This document shows, in pieces, positions 1-8,698 of a stretch of DNA of 32,000 nucleotides. Position 1 is the stretch's first letter, and each line of letters starts with the position of its first letter. Position numbers and translations under genes: made by a program. The DNA lies in the NCBI GenBank assembly GCA_030149205.1, contig JASBSB010000007.1:540001-572000 (forward strand), written 5' to 3'. The notes under the pieces are model-generated. The model was given only the letters and a program-made list of their open reading frames with translations, was not told the DNA's origin and ran no database searches. The DNA comes from Candidatus Heimdallarchaeota archaeon (GTDB lineage: Archaea; Asgardarchaeota; Heimdallarchaeia; Heimdallarchaeales; Kariarchaeaceae).

Positions 1-1377
1 TTAAAGCGAAAAAGTGAATCTCTTACCGTTAAAAACAACATTTTAGAGTCTTCAGTTCGCTCAAATTCTGAGGGAATAGGTATTAAAATTCTCTTTAATG
101 GGGGATACGGGTTTGCTGCAACTAATATAATTACAAAGGAGTCAATTGAGAAAACTGTTGAGAGAGCTATCAGAGTTGCAAAAGCAAGCTCTAGAGCGGT
201 CAAAAATCCTATTTCTTTGGCTGAAGAGCCAACTCACACCGCAAGAGTTCAAACTTACCAGTTGATTGACCCAAACAAAATACCGACTGAAGAAAAAATT
301 GAATATCTGATAGATACAACAAAAAACGCAGATATTAATGATAATCGAATTAAATCTAGAAGTGCGTATTATAATCACTGGACAGACCATACTGTACTTT
401 GGACAACAGAAGAAACAAAAATAGATCAAAAAATCATTGTGACTGGTGGTGGGGTCTCAACTTTGGCAGTTCAAGGTAGTGAGACACAGGTTAGAAGCAA
501 ACCCTCATCTTTTCGAGGTGATCTTGCAACTGCTGGTTATGAATTTTTCCAAGAGCTTAAGCTCTTTGAAAGTGCTCTTGAAGCAAGTCAGGAAGCAGTT
601 GAATTGTTAGAAGCTCCCCAATGCCCAGCCGATAACCATGCAACCATCATAATTAGACCTGGGCAACTAATGCTTCAAACACACGAGAATGGACATGGGT
701 TTGAACTTGACAGAGCATTGGATTATGAGGCTGCTTTTGCAGGAACAAGTTTCCTCAAACCTCATCTCAGAAATCAATTAAAGTTTGGGAATGAACTGGT
801 GACTATCCATGCAGATGCCACGAAACCTCGTGGATTAGGGAGCTTTTATTATGACCATGAGGGAGTCCAAGCCCAAAAAACAACACTTGTTCAAGATGGG
901 TTACTGACTGGCTATCTAACATCAAGAGAAACAGCACAGCAAATTGATGATCTGAGGTCTTCTGGATCAGCACGAGCCTCAGCTTATAATAGGATGCCAC
1001 TTATACGAATGACAAACATTAATCTGAAACCGGGTGACTGGAAATATGATGAAATTATTGAAGACACAAAAGACGGATATATTTTTGATACTAATGTTTC
1101 ATGGAGCATTGATGACCTGAGATTAAGCTTTCAATTTGGAACAGAAATTGGTTGGAGAGTAAAAGAAGGTGAGATTGTAGGATTAATTCGTAACCCAAGT
1201 TACACGGGAATCACCCCTCAATTCTGGAACTCAGTTACTGCAATAGCTGATGAAACAGACTTCAGAATGTTTGGAACGCCAAATTGTGGCAAAGGTGAAC
1301 CGGGGCAGGTAATGTATACTGGCCATGGATCAAGTACAACAAGATTCGAAAATGTGAGGATAGGTGTAGTGCAATGA
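1..1377 (+). CDS. tldD: TldD-family metalloprotease, catalytic subunit (5' partial; frame is open from base 1)
   Basis: Frame 1 is open from position 1 (LKRKSESLTVKNN...GIGIKILFNGGYGFAAT, a typical TldD N-terminus), so the true start is upstream of the window. Motifs QTHENGHGFELDR, YYDHEGV, PLIRMTNINLKPG and NCGKGEPGQ (C-terminal Cys ligand). Stop overlaps the next ATG (ATGA, 1374-1377). Confidence 0.93.
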   Translation, partial: LKRKSESLTVKNNILESSVRSNSEGIGIKILFNGGYGFAATNIITKESIEKTVERAIRVAKASSRAVKNPISLAEEPTHTARVQTYQLIDPNKIPTEEKIEYLIDTTKNADINDNRIKSRSAYYNHWTDHTVLWTTEETKIDQKIIVTGGGVSTLAVQGSETQVRSKPSSFRGDLATAGYEFFQELKLFESALEASQEAVELLEAPQCPADNHATIIIRPGQLMLQTHENGHGFELDRALDYEAAFAGTSFLKPHLRNQLKFGNELVTIHADATKPRGLGSFYYDHEGVQAQKTTLVQDGLLTGYLTSRETAQQIDDLRSSGSARASAYNRMPLIRMTNINLKPGDWKYDEIIEDTKDGYIFDTNVSWSIDDLRLSFQFGTEIGWRVKEGEIVGLIRNPSYTGITPQFWNSVTAIADETDFRMFGTPNCGKGEPGQVMYTGHGSSTTRFENVRIGVVQ

Positions 1378-2801
1378 GCGACCAATTTAACCCAAGAAAT
1401 ATTTTTAATATAAACGAACATGGTGATCCCTTTAGTACCATAGATCAAGGTATTGATTTTCTACAGAATAAAATTGAAAATGCCGGTGTAATTGGGTTAG
1501 TTTCAGCACAATACTTATACTCTGGAACAACCAGGTATGCAGTTAACCAAATAACACAACACACAGAATTCGGAGAAATCACTTTTACACTCTCACTTAA
1601 CGAAGGTAAACGACTAAGCAGGGGTTCCACAACAGTTACAACTGAAGAGGGACTGGAGGAGTTGTTTGACACTTTGCAAGATTCTCTAAAGAAATCACCA
1701 GAAATTGATTTTTATCAGGGTTTTCCGGAATCTAAACCGTCAGAATTAAAAGATTTATCCAGCCCAGAATGGTCTATTGAGGAGAGAACCGACACAGTAA
1801 TTGAAGCCATCAATTCATGTGAAGAGATTGAAAAAAATGTAATAGTTTCTGGGACTTGTTCAACCTCCAGAAACTATAATCGCGTGGTAAATTCATTTGG
1901 ACTTGATGTTGATCACTCTGGAAATTCTAACTATTTTAAAGTTAATGCAATTATTGAATCACCTGAGGATAGAAATCACAGAGGTTACGGACAGGAGGAT
2001 CTAAACTTTAGATTCGAAAAACCAAATGTTGATTCGCTCTCAAAATCAGCAACCCGTACAGCCAGAGAGACATTAACATTAATTGACCTCCCAGCACAGA
2101 GCTATGAGGTTGTTTTAGGTCAACAAGCAGTTTCCGATCTGTTTGTGTTTGCACAGTTCTCATTAGACCCAACCAGTTTTCATGAGACCAACAGTTTTGC
2201 CTCTGATAATCTTGGTGCTCAGATTTTTGATCCAAAAATTACAGTGGCTGATAAACCAAGAGACCCCCAATTAGCAAACTTGGTAAGGTTATTTGATTTT
2301 GAGGGTTTACCCTCAGAAGACAAACTCGTTGTTGATCGGGGAGTTCTGCAATCAATCCCATATGATTCATTCACTGCAGCAAAGTATCTTGGGGATAAAA
2401 ATCTGGCAACAGGTAACACTCTTGAATTCTTTGGAAATGTAGTTCCAATTTATGGTTCCTGTGTCTGGGAAAATGGAGATAACAGTACTGAAGATCTAAT
2501 CAATGAAATTGATGATGGACTTTGGGTGAAAAATTTCTGGTACAATCGATTTACTAAGAGACGAGAGGGTGGATTAACTGGACTGACACGTAATGGGCTA
2601 TATCAGGTTAAAAATGGTGAAATTGTGGGTGCTGTTAGAAATCTTCGATATACAGACAGCTTTGTAAGAGCATTTTCACCAGGAAATGTTCTAAACCTGA
2701 GCAGCGATCGTAGAATGTTTCAATTAAATACTACACCTTCAGTTCACCTGGAAACATTTAATTTTTCGAGTGTGGCTCATACCAATAAAATTGATTCTTA
2801 G
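1374..2801 (+). CDS. pmbA: TldE/PmbA-family non-catalytic partner subunit
   Basis: ATGA-coupled to tldD. Motifs FDFEGLP, VVDRGVLQ, GLWVKNFWYNR and LTGLTRNGLYQVKNGEIVGAVRNLRY. No HExxxH, as expected for the partner subunit. Confidence 0.85.
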   Translation: MSDQFNPRNIFNINEHGDPFSTIDQGIDFLQNKIENAGVIGLVSAQYLYSGTTRYAVNQITQHTEFGEITFTLSLNEGKRLSRGSTTVTTEEGLEELFDTLQDSLKKSPEIDFYQGFPESKPSELKDLSSPEWSIEERTDTVIEAINSCEEIEKNVIVSGTCSTSRNYNRVVNSFGLDVDHSGNSNYFKVNAIIESPEDRNHRGYGQEDLNFRFEKPNVDSLSKSATRTARETLTLIDLPAQSYEVVLGQQAVSDLFVFAQFSLDPTSFHETNSFASDNLGAQIFDPKITVADKPRDPQLANLVRLFDFEGLPSEDKLVVDRGVLQSIPYDSFTAAKYLGDKNLATGNTLEFFGNVVPIYGSCVWENGDNSTEDLINEIDDGLWVKNFWYNRFTKRREGGLTGLTRNGLYQVKNGEIVGAVRNLRYTDSFVRAFSPGNVLNLSSDRRMFQLNTTPSVHLETFNFSSVAHTNKIDS

Positions 2802-2832
2802 AACAATACTAAAAGTTCTCAATTGAAATTAA

Positions 2833-2840
2833 TTTAAATA
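2833..2840 (+). promoter_or_regulatory. Putative archaeal TATA box for nadB (leaderless-type spacing)
   Basis: TTTAAATA ends 18 nt before the GTG at 2859, and no Shine-Dalgarno motif is visible. The AT-rich background limits certainty. Confidence 0.4.
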
Positions 2841-2858
2841 TACAAATCAAACCAATTT

Positions 2859-4481
2859 GTGAATGATTTAATTGAAAGTGATATTTTAGTCGTTGGGAGT
2901 GGTATATCTGGGTTACTGTTCACATTACATCTAACTCAGAACACAAACTATACAGTCTCGCTTGTGACAAAACGTTCACTTACAGATACAAACACTGATT
3001 GGGCACAGGGAGGAATTGCTTCAGTGCTATCTCCAAAAGACACGTTCGAGAGCCATATTGAGGATACCCTGACCGCTGGAGATGGCTTGTGTAAACCAAC
3101 CGTAGTTAAAGAAGTTATCGAAAATGGGCCTGATCAGGTTCGTTTATTAGAATCCCTAGGGGTTCCCTTTGACAAGGTTAATGGGGAATTTGAACTAGGA
3201 AAGGAGGGGGGACATCATGAGAGAAGAGTCGCCCATGTCAAGGATTTCACGGGACATGCCATTCAATCCACTTTAACAAAGAGAATTCGAGAAACAAAAA
3301 ATGTTCAAATCTTCGAAAACCATATGATGATAGACTTAGTGACTGTTTCTGATAAAATCGCTGGAGCTTATGTATTTGATAAAGAAAAAAAGAAGGTACT
3401 CAGATTTCAATCCAAACTAACAGTTCTTGCAACAGGAGGAGCGGGGAAAGTTTTTCTATACACAAGCAACCCAGACACAGCCTCTGGTGATGGTATAGCA
3501 ATTGCTTATCGGGCTGGTGCAATAATTCGTAATATGGAGTTTTTTCAATTCCATCCGACCTGTTTATATCACCCATATGCAAAATCATTTCTAATTTCAG
3601 AGGCTCTTAGAGGTGAAGGAGCAATTCTTAAGACAATGGATGGTGATCACTTCACACCTCGATATCATGATCTTGCTGATCTTGCCCCGAGAGATATTGT
3701 GGCTCGAGCTATAGATAGCGAGATGAAGAAACGAGGTGATGATCATGTGTACCTCGATATCTCATTTAAACAGAAAGAGTTTATTCAGGGTCACTTTCCT
3801 CATATCGATTCAACTCTAAAAGAATATGGGATCGATATGACGTCTGAACCAATCCCTGTGGTTCCAGCAGCTCATTACACTATGGGAGGTATAGCATCAG
3901 AACTTAACGGTAAAACCAATATTGCAGGACTTCTTGCGATTGGAGAAACTACCAACACAGGGTTACATGGGGCGAATCGGCTAGCAAGCAATTCTCTTCT
4001 TGAAGGTGCAGTAATGGCAAAGAATGCATTTTCTTATACTAAGGAACTATTGGACAAAGGTATTCCAGAATATACCTTCTCCTCATGGGATGAGGGAACT
4101 AGTGTTGAGAGTGATGAGGCTGTGTTTGTGACTCATGCTTGGGATGAGATTCGTAGGGCAATGTGGAATTATGTTGGAATTGTGAGAACCGACGGTCGGT
4201 TGTTGAAGGCAAAGAAACGTCTCAAGTTAATTAAGGATGAGGTTCAGCAATATTATTGGGATTATAAGGTAAGCTCAAACCTAATTGAATTAAGAAATTT
4301 GATTGATGTTGCAAACCTAATTATTGAATCAGCACTCCTAAGAAAAGAAAGTAGAGGGGCTCATTACAGGCTGGATTACCCCATGCATTCTCCAGACGTA
4401 AGAGATACATTAGCTCACAAAATTTTAGGGGTATTCTTATCAGAAGATATACACATCGATGAATTCTCCCCTAAAATTTAA
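2859..4481 (+). CDS. nadB: L-aspartate oxidase (NAD de novo synthesis)
   Basis: FAD-binding VVGSGISG, TDWAQGGIA, EGGHHERRVAH, VLATGGAG, FFQFHPT, LISEALRGEGA, PAAHYTMGG, LHGANRLASNSLLEG and RKESRGAHYRLDYP. GTG start. Confidence 0.96.
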   Translation: MNDLIESDILVVGSGISGLLFTLHLTQNTNYTVSLVTKRSLTDTNTDWAQGGIASVLSPKDTFESHIEDTLTAGDGLCKPTVVKEVIENGPDQVRLLESLGVPFDKVNGEFELGKEGGHHERRVAHVKDFTGHAIQSTLTKRIRETKNVQIFENHMMIDLVTVSDKIAGAYVFDKEKKKVLRFQSKLTVLATGGAGKVFLYTSNPDTASGDGIAIAYRAGAIIRNMEFFQFHPTCLYHPYAKSFLISEALRGEGAILKTMDGDHFTPRYHDLADLAPRDIVARAIDSEMKKRGDDHVYLDISFKQKEFIQGHFPHIDSTLKEYGIDMTSEPIPVVPAAHYTMGGIASELNGKTNIAGLLAIGETTNTGLHGANRLASNSLLEGAVMAKNAFSYTKELLDKGIPEYTFSSWDEGTSVESDEAVFVTHAWDEIRRAMWNYVGIVRTDGRLLKAKKRLKLIKDEVQQYYWDYKVSSNLIELRNLIDVANLIIESALLRKESRGAHYRLDYPMHSPDVRDTLAHKILGVFLSEDIHIDEFSPKI

Positions 4482-4537
4482 TTATTATTGAGATTAATTA
4501 CTAGTAGTTTAATTAAGAATTGGAGTAATAATTATAA

Positions 4538-5011
4538 ATGGCAACTCAAATCTCACCCCTTGAACTAATCCTTATAGTAGGAGGGGTATCTGTGGTAACC
4601 AGCTTTATAGTGGGTTTTTTCATCTTTCCAAGAAAAGAAAGTAAACTTGAGCTACCAAAGGAAGAATTCAAAAAGGAGAGCAAAGATTTACCTAAACTTT
4701 TAAAATTTGATCTCTGGAATGCTGTCTCTAGCAAATTTAAAGACCAAAATATGAATGTATCTGAAAACTTTGAGAAACTCTCAGATCTACATCTTCTCAT
4801 TGAATCTAATGAGATTATCTTTAAAACCACTACTCACCAATTGATCGAAAGTCCAGTCTCACTAAAGGAGCAATTACATAGGTTTAGAAATCAAATTGAA
4901 CAAATAATAGTTGAAGACGACGGTAAAAATTATGATCTGATGAAGTTAGTGTACGATGTTTTTTTTGAGTGGTATACTGACGTAACAACTGAGCTTGATA
5001 AATTACTCTAA
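4538..5011 (+). CDS. Hypothetical protein with a single N-terminal TM helix
   Basis: 157-aa ORF with hydrophobic LILIVGGVSVVTSFIVGFFIF followed by a charged helical domain. The 3' end overlaps the convergent gene by 9 nt. Confidence 0.7.
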   Translation: MATQISPLELILIVGGVSVVTSFIVGFFIFPRKESKLELPKEEFKKESKDLPKLLKFDLWNAVSSKFKDQNMNVSENFEKLSDLHLLIESNEIIFKTTTHQLIESPVSLKEQLHRFRNQIEQIIVEDDGKNYDLMKLVYDVFFEWYTDVTTELDKLL

Positions 5012-6364
5012 CCTTGAATATAACTCATTTGAAGTATTAGTAAACTCTTTTATTGCATCATCCAAATTTAAGGTGGTCATATTTCTATCTTTCATAATCC
5101 ATTTTCCATTAACCATAGTGTGAGAAACATCATGACCTTTTGCCACATAAACCAAATGGGAAAGAACTGCATTTGCCTTGACAATTGGTAAGAATTGGGG
5201 CTGATTTAGATTTAACAGAATGAGATCTGCTTTGAAATCTGCTTTTAGGTCTCCTGTGTCATGCCAACCCATTGCCTTTGCACCAAGATATGTTGCCATT
5301 CTTAAGGCCTGAGGTGCAGGGACTCTTGTTGCATCCCCAGTGAAACCCTTTTGATTGAGTGCTGTCGCTTTTACAGTGCCGAACAGGTCAAGTGTATTAT
5401 TAGAACAGGCACTGTCTGTTCCCAACCCCACATTCATGTTTGCATCATAATACTCCTTTGCAGGAGCAATTGTGTTTCCTAATTTCATGTTGCTTTCGGT
5501 GTTAATAGCCACGTTCACTTTCTTTTCCGAGAAGGTTTTAATGTCTTCCTGGTCTAGTTCAATAGAGTGTGCAGATATAACATATTGATCTAAGACTCCT
5601 AATGAATTTAGATATTTCACTGGAGTGGTTAGTTCTTCGTTTATTTGGAAATCAGACCTTGAGGCAAAATCACGTATCACTTTCATTTCTTCTTTAGATT
5701 CTGCAATATGCGTGTGAACCATTAAAGCAGGTACATCAGATTCCTTTTTCTCGTTAAATCTCAGTGTATAATCATGAATTTTTTGATATTCTTCATCTGT
5801 AACAGTATATGGCGCATGAGGATTAAGGGAGATTCTAACTGAATCATCCCATTTCCCATGAAACTCCTTAACTAGAGAATCTGGGTACTCTAATTTTGCA
5901 ATTCCACTTAAGGTTGGTTGACCTGCTAATAGTTTCACTCCAACCTCACTAAATCCCTTTATTTCCTCGGCTGGATGCCAGTACTGTGAGTTAAACAACG
6001 TTGTACCACTTCTGGCTGCCTCAATTGCTGCCAATTTTGCACCTACCCTAATATCATCTGGTTTGAGTTTTGCTTCAGCTGGCCAAATATAATTGTTTAA
6101 CCAATCATGTAGACGCAGGTCATCTGCAAATCCTCTAAACAATGTCATTGCAGCATGAGAATGTGTGTTGACTAAACCTGGCATTGCGACATGATGGGGG
6201 TATTCTTCTAATGTGTCAGCCTTCTCCTTAATATTATGAAAAGTGTCAACTTGACGTATCAGATTACCTGAAATCAAGATGCCCGCATCTTCTATAACCT
6301 TAGGTGTAGAGTCAGACAGATTGGTGACTGCGTATTTTACTCGAAGGAGTTTAGATTCAACCAT
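5003..6364 (-). CDS. mtaD: Amidohydrolase, 5'-methylthioadenosine/S-adenosylhomocysteine (5'-deoxyadenosine) deaminase family
   Basis: PGLVNTHSHAAM (HxH), PHAPYT, HTHIAES, SAHSIEL, SNMKLG, LGTDSACSNNTLDLF and ADLILL. Exact substrate is inferred. Confidence 0.85.
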   Translation of the reverse strand: MVESKLLRVKYAVTNLSDSTPKVIEDAGILISGNLIRQVDTFHNIKEKADTLEEYPHHVAMPGLVNTHSHAAMTLFRGFADDLRLHDWLNNYIWPAEAKLKPDDIRVGAKLAAIEAARSGTTLFNSQYWHPAEEIKGFSEVGVKLLAGQPTLSGIAKLEYPDSLVKEFHGKWDDSVRISLNPHAPYTVTDEEYQKIHDYTLRFNEKKESDVPALMVHTHIAESKEEMKVIRDFASRSDFQINEELTTPVKYLNSLGVLDQYVISAHSIELDQEDIKTFSEKKVNVAINTESNMKLGNTIAPAKEYYDANMNVGLGTDSACSNNTLDLFGTVKATALNQKGFTGDATRVPAPQALRMATYLGAKAMGWHDTGDLKADFKADLILLNLNQPQFLPIVKANAVLSHLVYVAKGHDVSHTMVNGKWIMKDRNMTTLNLDDAIKEFTNTSNELYSRLE

Positions 6365-6466
6365 AATAACAGATTTTATTTTCCTTAAAAGAATTTGTTG
6401 TTTTGTCTAGACATTATTCCTCTCTATCGGATACTTTTAATATAAAATTGAGAAGTAAATCAAATA

Positions 6467-6934
6467 ATGGAAAATGATGAAGAACAGCATAATCATCCAC
6501 TCTTTCCACCGAAGGAACCTTCTCTATCTGAAACCACCGAGAACTATTTGAAACGTATTCTCTGGTTAATGGAAGACAAAAACTATGCTAAGGTCTCTGA
6601 AATTGCCGAACTAATGGATAGAAGTCTGAGCTCAACAACAGAAGCAATGAAAAGGCTGGAAGAACAAGGACTTGTAGAGTATCACAAACAGGGAAAAATC
6701 ACACTTACACAAAAAGGGGAAATTATAGCTACCAGTGTAAACCAGGCTTATAAAACTCTTGCAAATTTACTCTTACTGCTTGGTGTTCCTAAAGATTTGG
6801 CACATTTGGATGCCTGCAGCATGGAACACTCGATCACGCCAAAAACCATCACCATTGTTAACAGCTTTATAGACTTTATAAACTCGGATCCAGTTAATTC
6901 TGCACTACTTCAAAAGTTTAGAGATCAAAGTTAG
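6467..6934 (+). CDS. DtxR/MntR-family metal-dependent transcriptional regulator (two-domain, no SH3/FeoA)
   Basis: ENYLKRI, wHTH KVSEIAELMDRSLSSTTEAMKRLEEQGLVEY, ITLTQKG and DACSMEH. Confidence 0.9.
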   Translation: MENDEEQHNHPLFPPKEPSLSETTENYLKRILWLMEDKNYAKVSEIAELMDRSLSSTTEAMKRLEEQGLVEYHKQGKITLTQKGEIIATSVNQAYKTLANLLLLLGVPKDLAHLDACSMEHSITPKTITIVNSFIDFINSDPVNSALLQKFRDQS

Positions 6935-7012
6935 ACAAGTTAGACAGTTGAAAACAAAAAATTTTCAAATTTCCAACATATCCCTTAAGAATATTCCATT
7001 ATTCTTCATCTT

Positions 7013-7591
7013 ATGAGTTCTCCCGTTAATAAATTCTCAGACCACTTGTCAGCTTATGGTGATCCTGAGCAGATTCTAAAACGGCAAGATACAATTATAA
7101 GTCCATTTGGGGAGCTGAACTCATTAGACTTAAGCACTCTAAAAATCTCAAACTTAGAACCAAATGCATTTGTGGGATTTAGAAAGCTTTGGAAAATCAA
7201 ATTAGCTAATAATGCCTTAGAAGAGCTTCCCCAGGACATTTTTTCTAAGAATAGAGGTCTAAGAGAGATAGATTTGGGTCATAACAGATTGAATATCTTA
7301 CCTGAAGGATTGTTTCAAAACGTTGGACTTTTACAGATTCTGAAGTTAAATGATAATAAGTTATCAAAATTACCTTCAGAAATCTTCAGTCCAGTTAAAA
7401 ATCTTAGACAATTAGACCTTAGTCAAAATTTACTAAATACACTTCCCCATTCATTTTCAAAGTTAGAAAATTTGGCGATTTTGTCATTAACAGAAAACAG
7501 GTTTCAAGAGGATCTGAGCGTAGATTTAATTAACAAATCAAGTGTGGATCAGTTCTTGGAGAAACATATGAAACTACTGCTAGGAGGTTAG
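7013..7591 (+). CDS. Leucine-rich repeat protein (about 6 typical-class 24-aa LRRs)
   Basis: Tandem LxxLxLxxNxLxxLPxxxF units, e.g. LREIDLGHNRLNILPEGLFQNVGL and LQILKLNDNKLSKLPSEIFSPVKN. No signal peptide seen. Confidence 0.92.
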   Translation: MSSPVNKFSDHLSAYGDPEQILKRQDTIISPFGELNSLDLSTLKISNLEPNAFVGFRKLWKIKLANNALEELPQDIFSKNRGLREIDLGHNRLNILPEGLFQNVGLLQILKLNDNKLSKLPSEIFSPVKNLRQLDLSQNLLNTLPHSFSKLENLAILSLTENRFQEDLSVDLINKSSVDQFLEKHMKLLLGG

Positions 7592-7593
7592 GT

Positions 7594-8631
7594 ATGGAAT
7601 CACTAACTCTTTCCACCCAAAGATTCAGATTAAGTGATATTGAAATTTATTTATGGCTCATAAATTTTGTAGGTATTGCCCCAATCTTTATCTGGAAAAG
7701 TGGGAACCTCAACCTTACAGACCCTGTTTGGACACCCTATCTAAATTATGGGGTTGCCTTTGTCATATTGATTTATGTAATTACATTATCTATAGACCTC
7801 AGTAAAAAGTATAAGAAGTTTCCATTCTTTTTTAACGTTTCTGCTGGTGTTGGTGTACTTTCTATTCTTTTTGCATTCCTAGGTTTGACTAATGAGGTAT
7901 ATCACAGATTGGGGATATTCTTCCTCTTTTTATCAATTTTCATTATGGCTCCAACAGTTCATCCCAAGGTAATAATCAAAGATGTTAACCTAAGAAAAAA
8001 CGAAAGAGGCTTTGGGTCACTTCTTGTTCTTGGAGATGTTGGAGACGAGACAGACTTAACAGTTCCGTTAGATTTAGGACTTACTCATAATAATTCTCTT
8101 AGATTTCTTTTTGGAGACGTCTATTCAAAAAAACAAAGTACCTTTGCTTCTCAAAATATCCCATTTTTTATTATGACCTATCTGACAATCTGGGTTCCTA
8201 CAGGTACAAATTTTCCAAAAATGATTATGTTTGTTTCTCTTTATCTCTCAGCATATTTTCTCTCTCTGGTAATAAGATTTTATGTTGCAAAACAGCACAA
8301 CTTCAAACTGGTCGCGATAGAGGTACAACAACATTTGAAGTTAAACTGTAAGACGGAACGTCAGTTAAACACACTGAACAAAGGTATTTTAACATCTTTC
8401 TATTTTGCTCTTGTATTGTTTTCACTTGTTATCTTCCTTCCAGTTCAAACCAACAACTTTCCTAAACCCTTCCAACTTGAAAACTTTGATTGGTCTGTGT
8501 TTTGGGTTATACCAATCGTTGTTTTGATAATATTTATTCATAGATATTTTTGGAACCGCTTTGTCTGGAAAGGATTTGAAAAAATAGACGTAAAACGCAA
8601 ATCTATAAAATCCAAGAAAAAGAAACGATAA
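7594..8631 (+). CDS. Multi-pass (about 8 TM) membrane protein of unknown function
   Basis: Two blocks of about 4 hydrophobic segments separated by a ~60-aa polar loop, with a basic C-tail KRKSIKSKKKKR. GGAGGT Shine-Dalgarno at 7583-7588 lies inside the end of the LRR gene. Confidence 0.85.
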   Translation: MESLTLSTQRFRLSDIEIYLWLINFVGIAPIFIWKSGNLNLTDPVWTPYLNYGVAFVILIYVITLSIDLSKKYKKFPFFFNVSAGVGVLSILFAFLGLTNEVYHRLGIFFLFLSIFIMAPTVHPKVIIKDVNLRKNERGFGSLLVLGDVGDETDLTVPLDLGLTHNNSLRFLFGDVYSKKQSTFASQNIPFFIMTYLTIWVPTGTNFPKMIMFVSLYLSAYFLSLVIRFYVAKQHNFKLVAIEVQQHLKLNCKTERQLNTLNKGILTSFYFALVLFSLVIFLPVQTNNFPKPFQLENFDWSVFWVIPIVVLIIFIHRYFWNRFVWKGFEKIDVKRKSIKSKKKKR

Positions 8632-8698
8632 CCAAAGTGTTGGATTTCTTGTGGGACAGTGGATAATCTTCTTAAGTGTTGAAAATTTATAGTGTTTA

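Noticed and set aside
5003-6364. Amidohydrolase as an aminofutalosine deaminase linked to quinone synthesis
   Set aside because: No mqn genes are present, the local pathway is the classical men route, and the motifs fit generic MTA/SAH deaminases.
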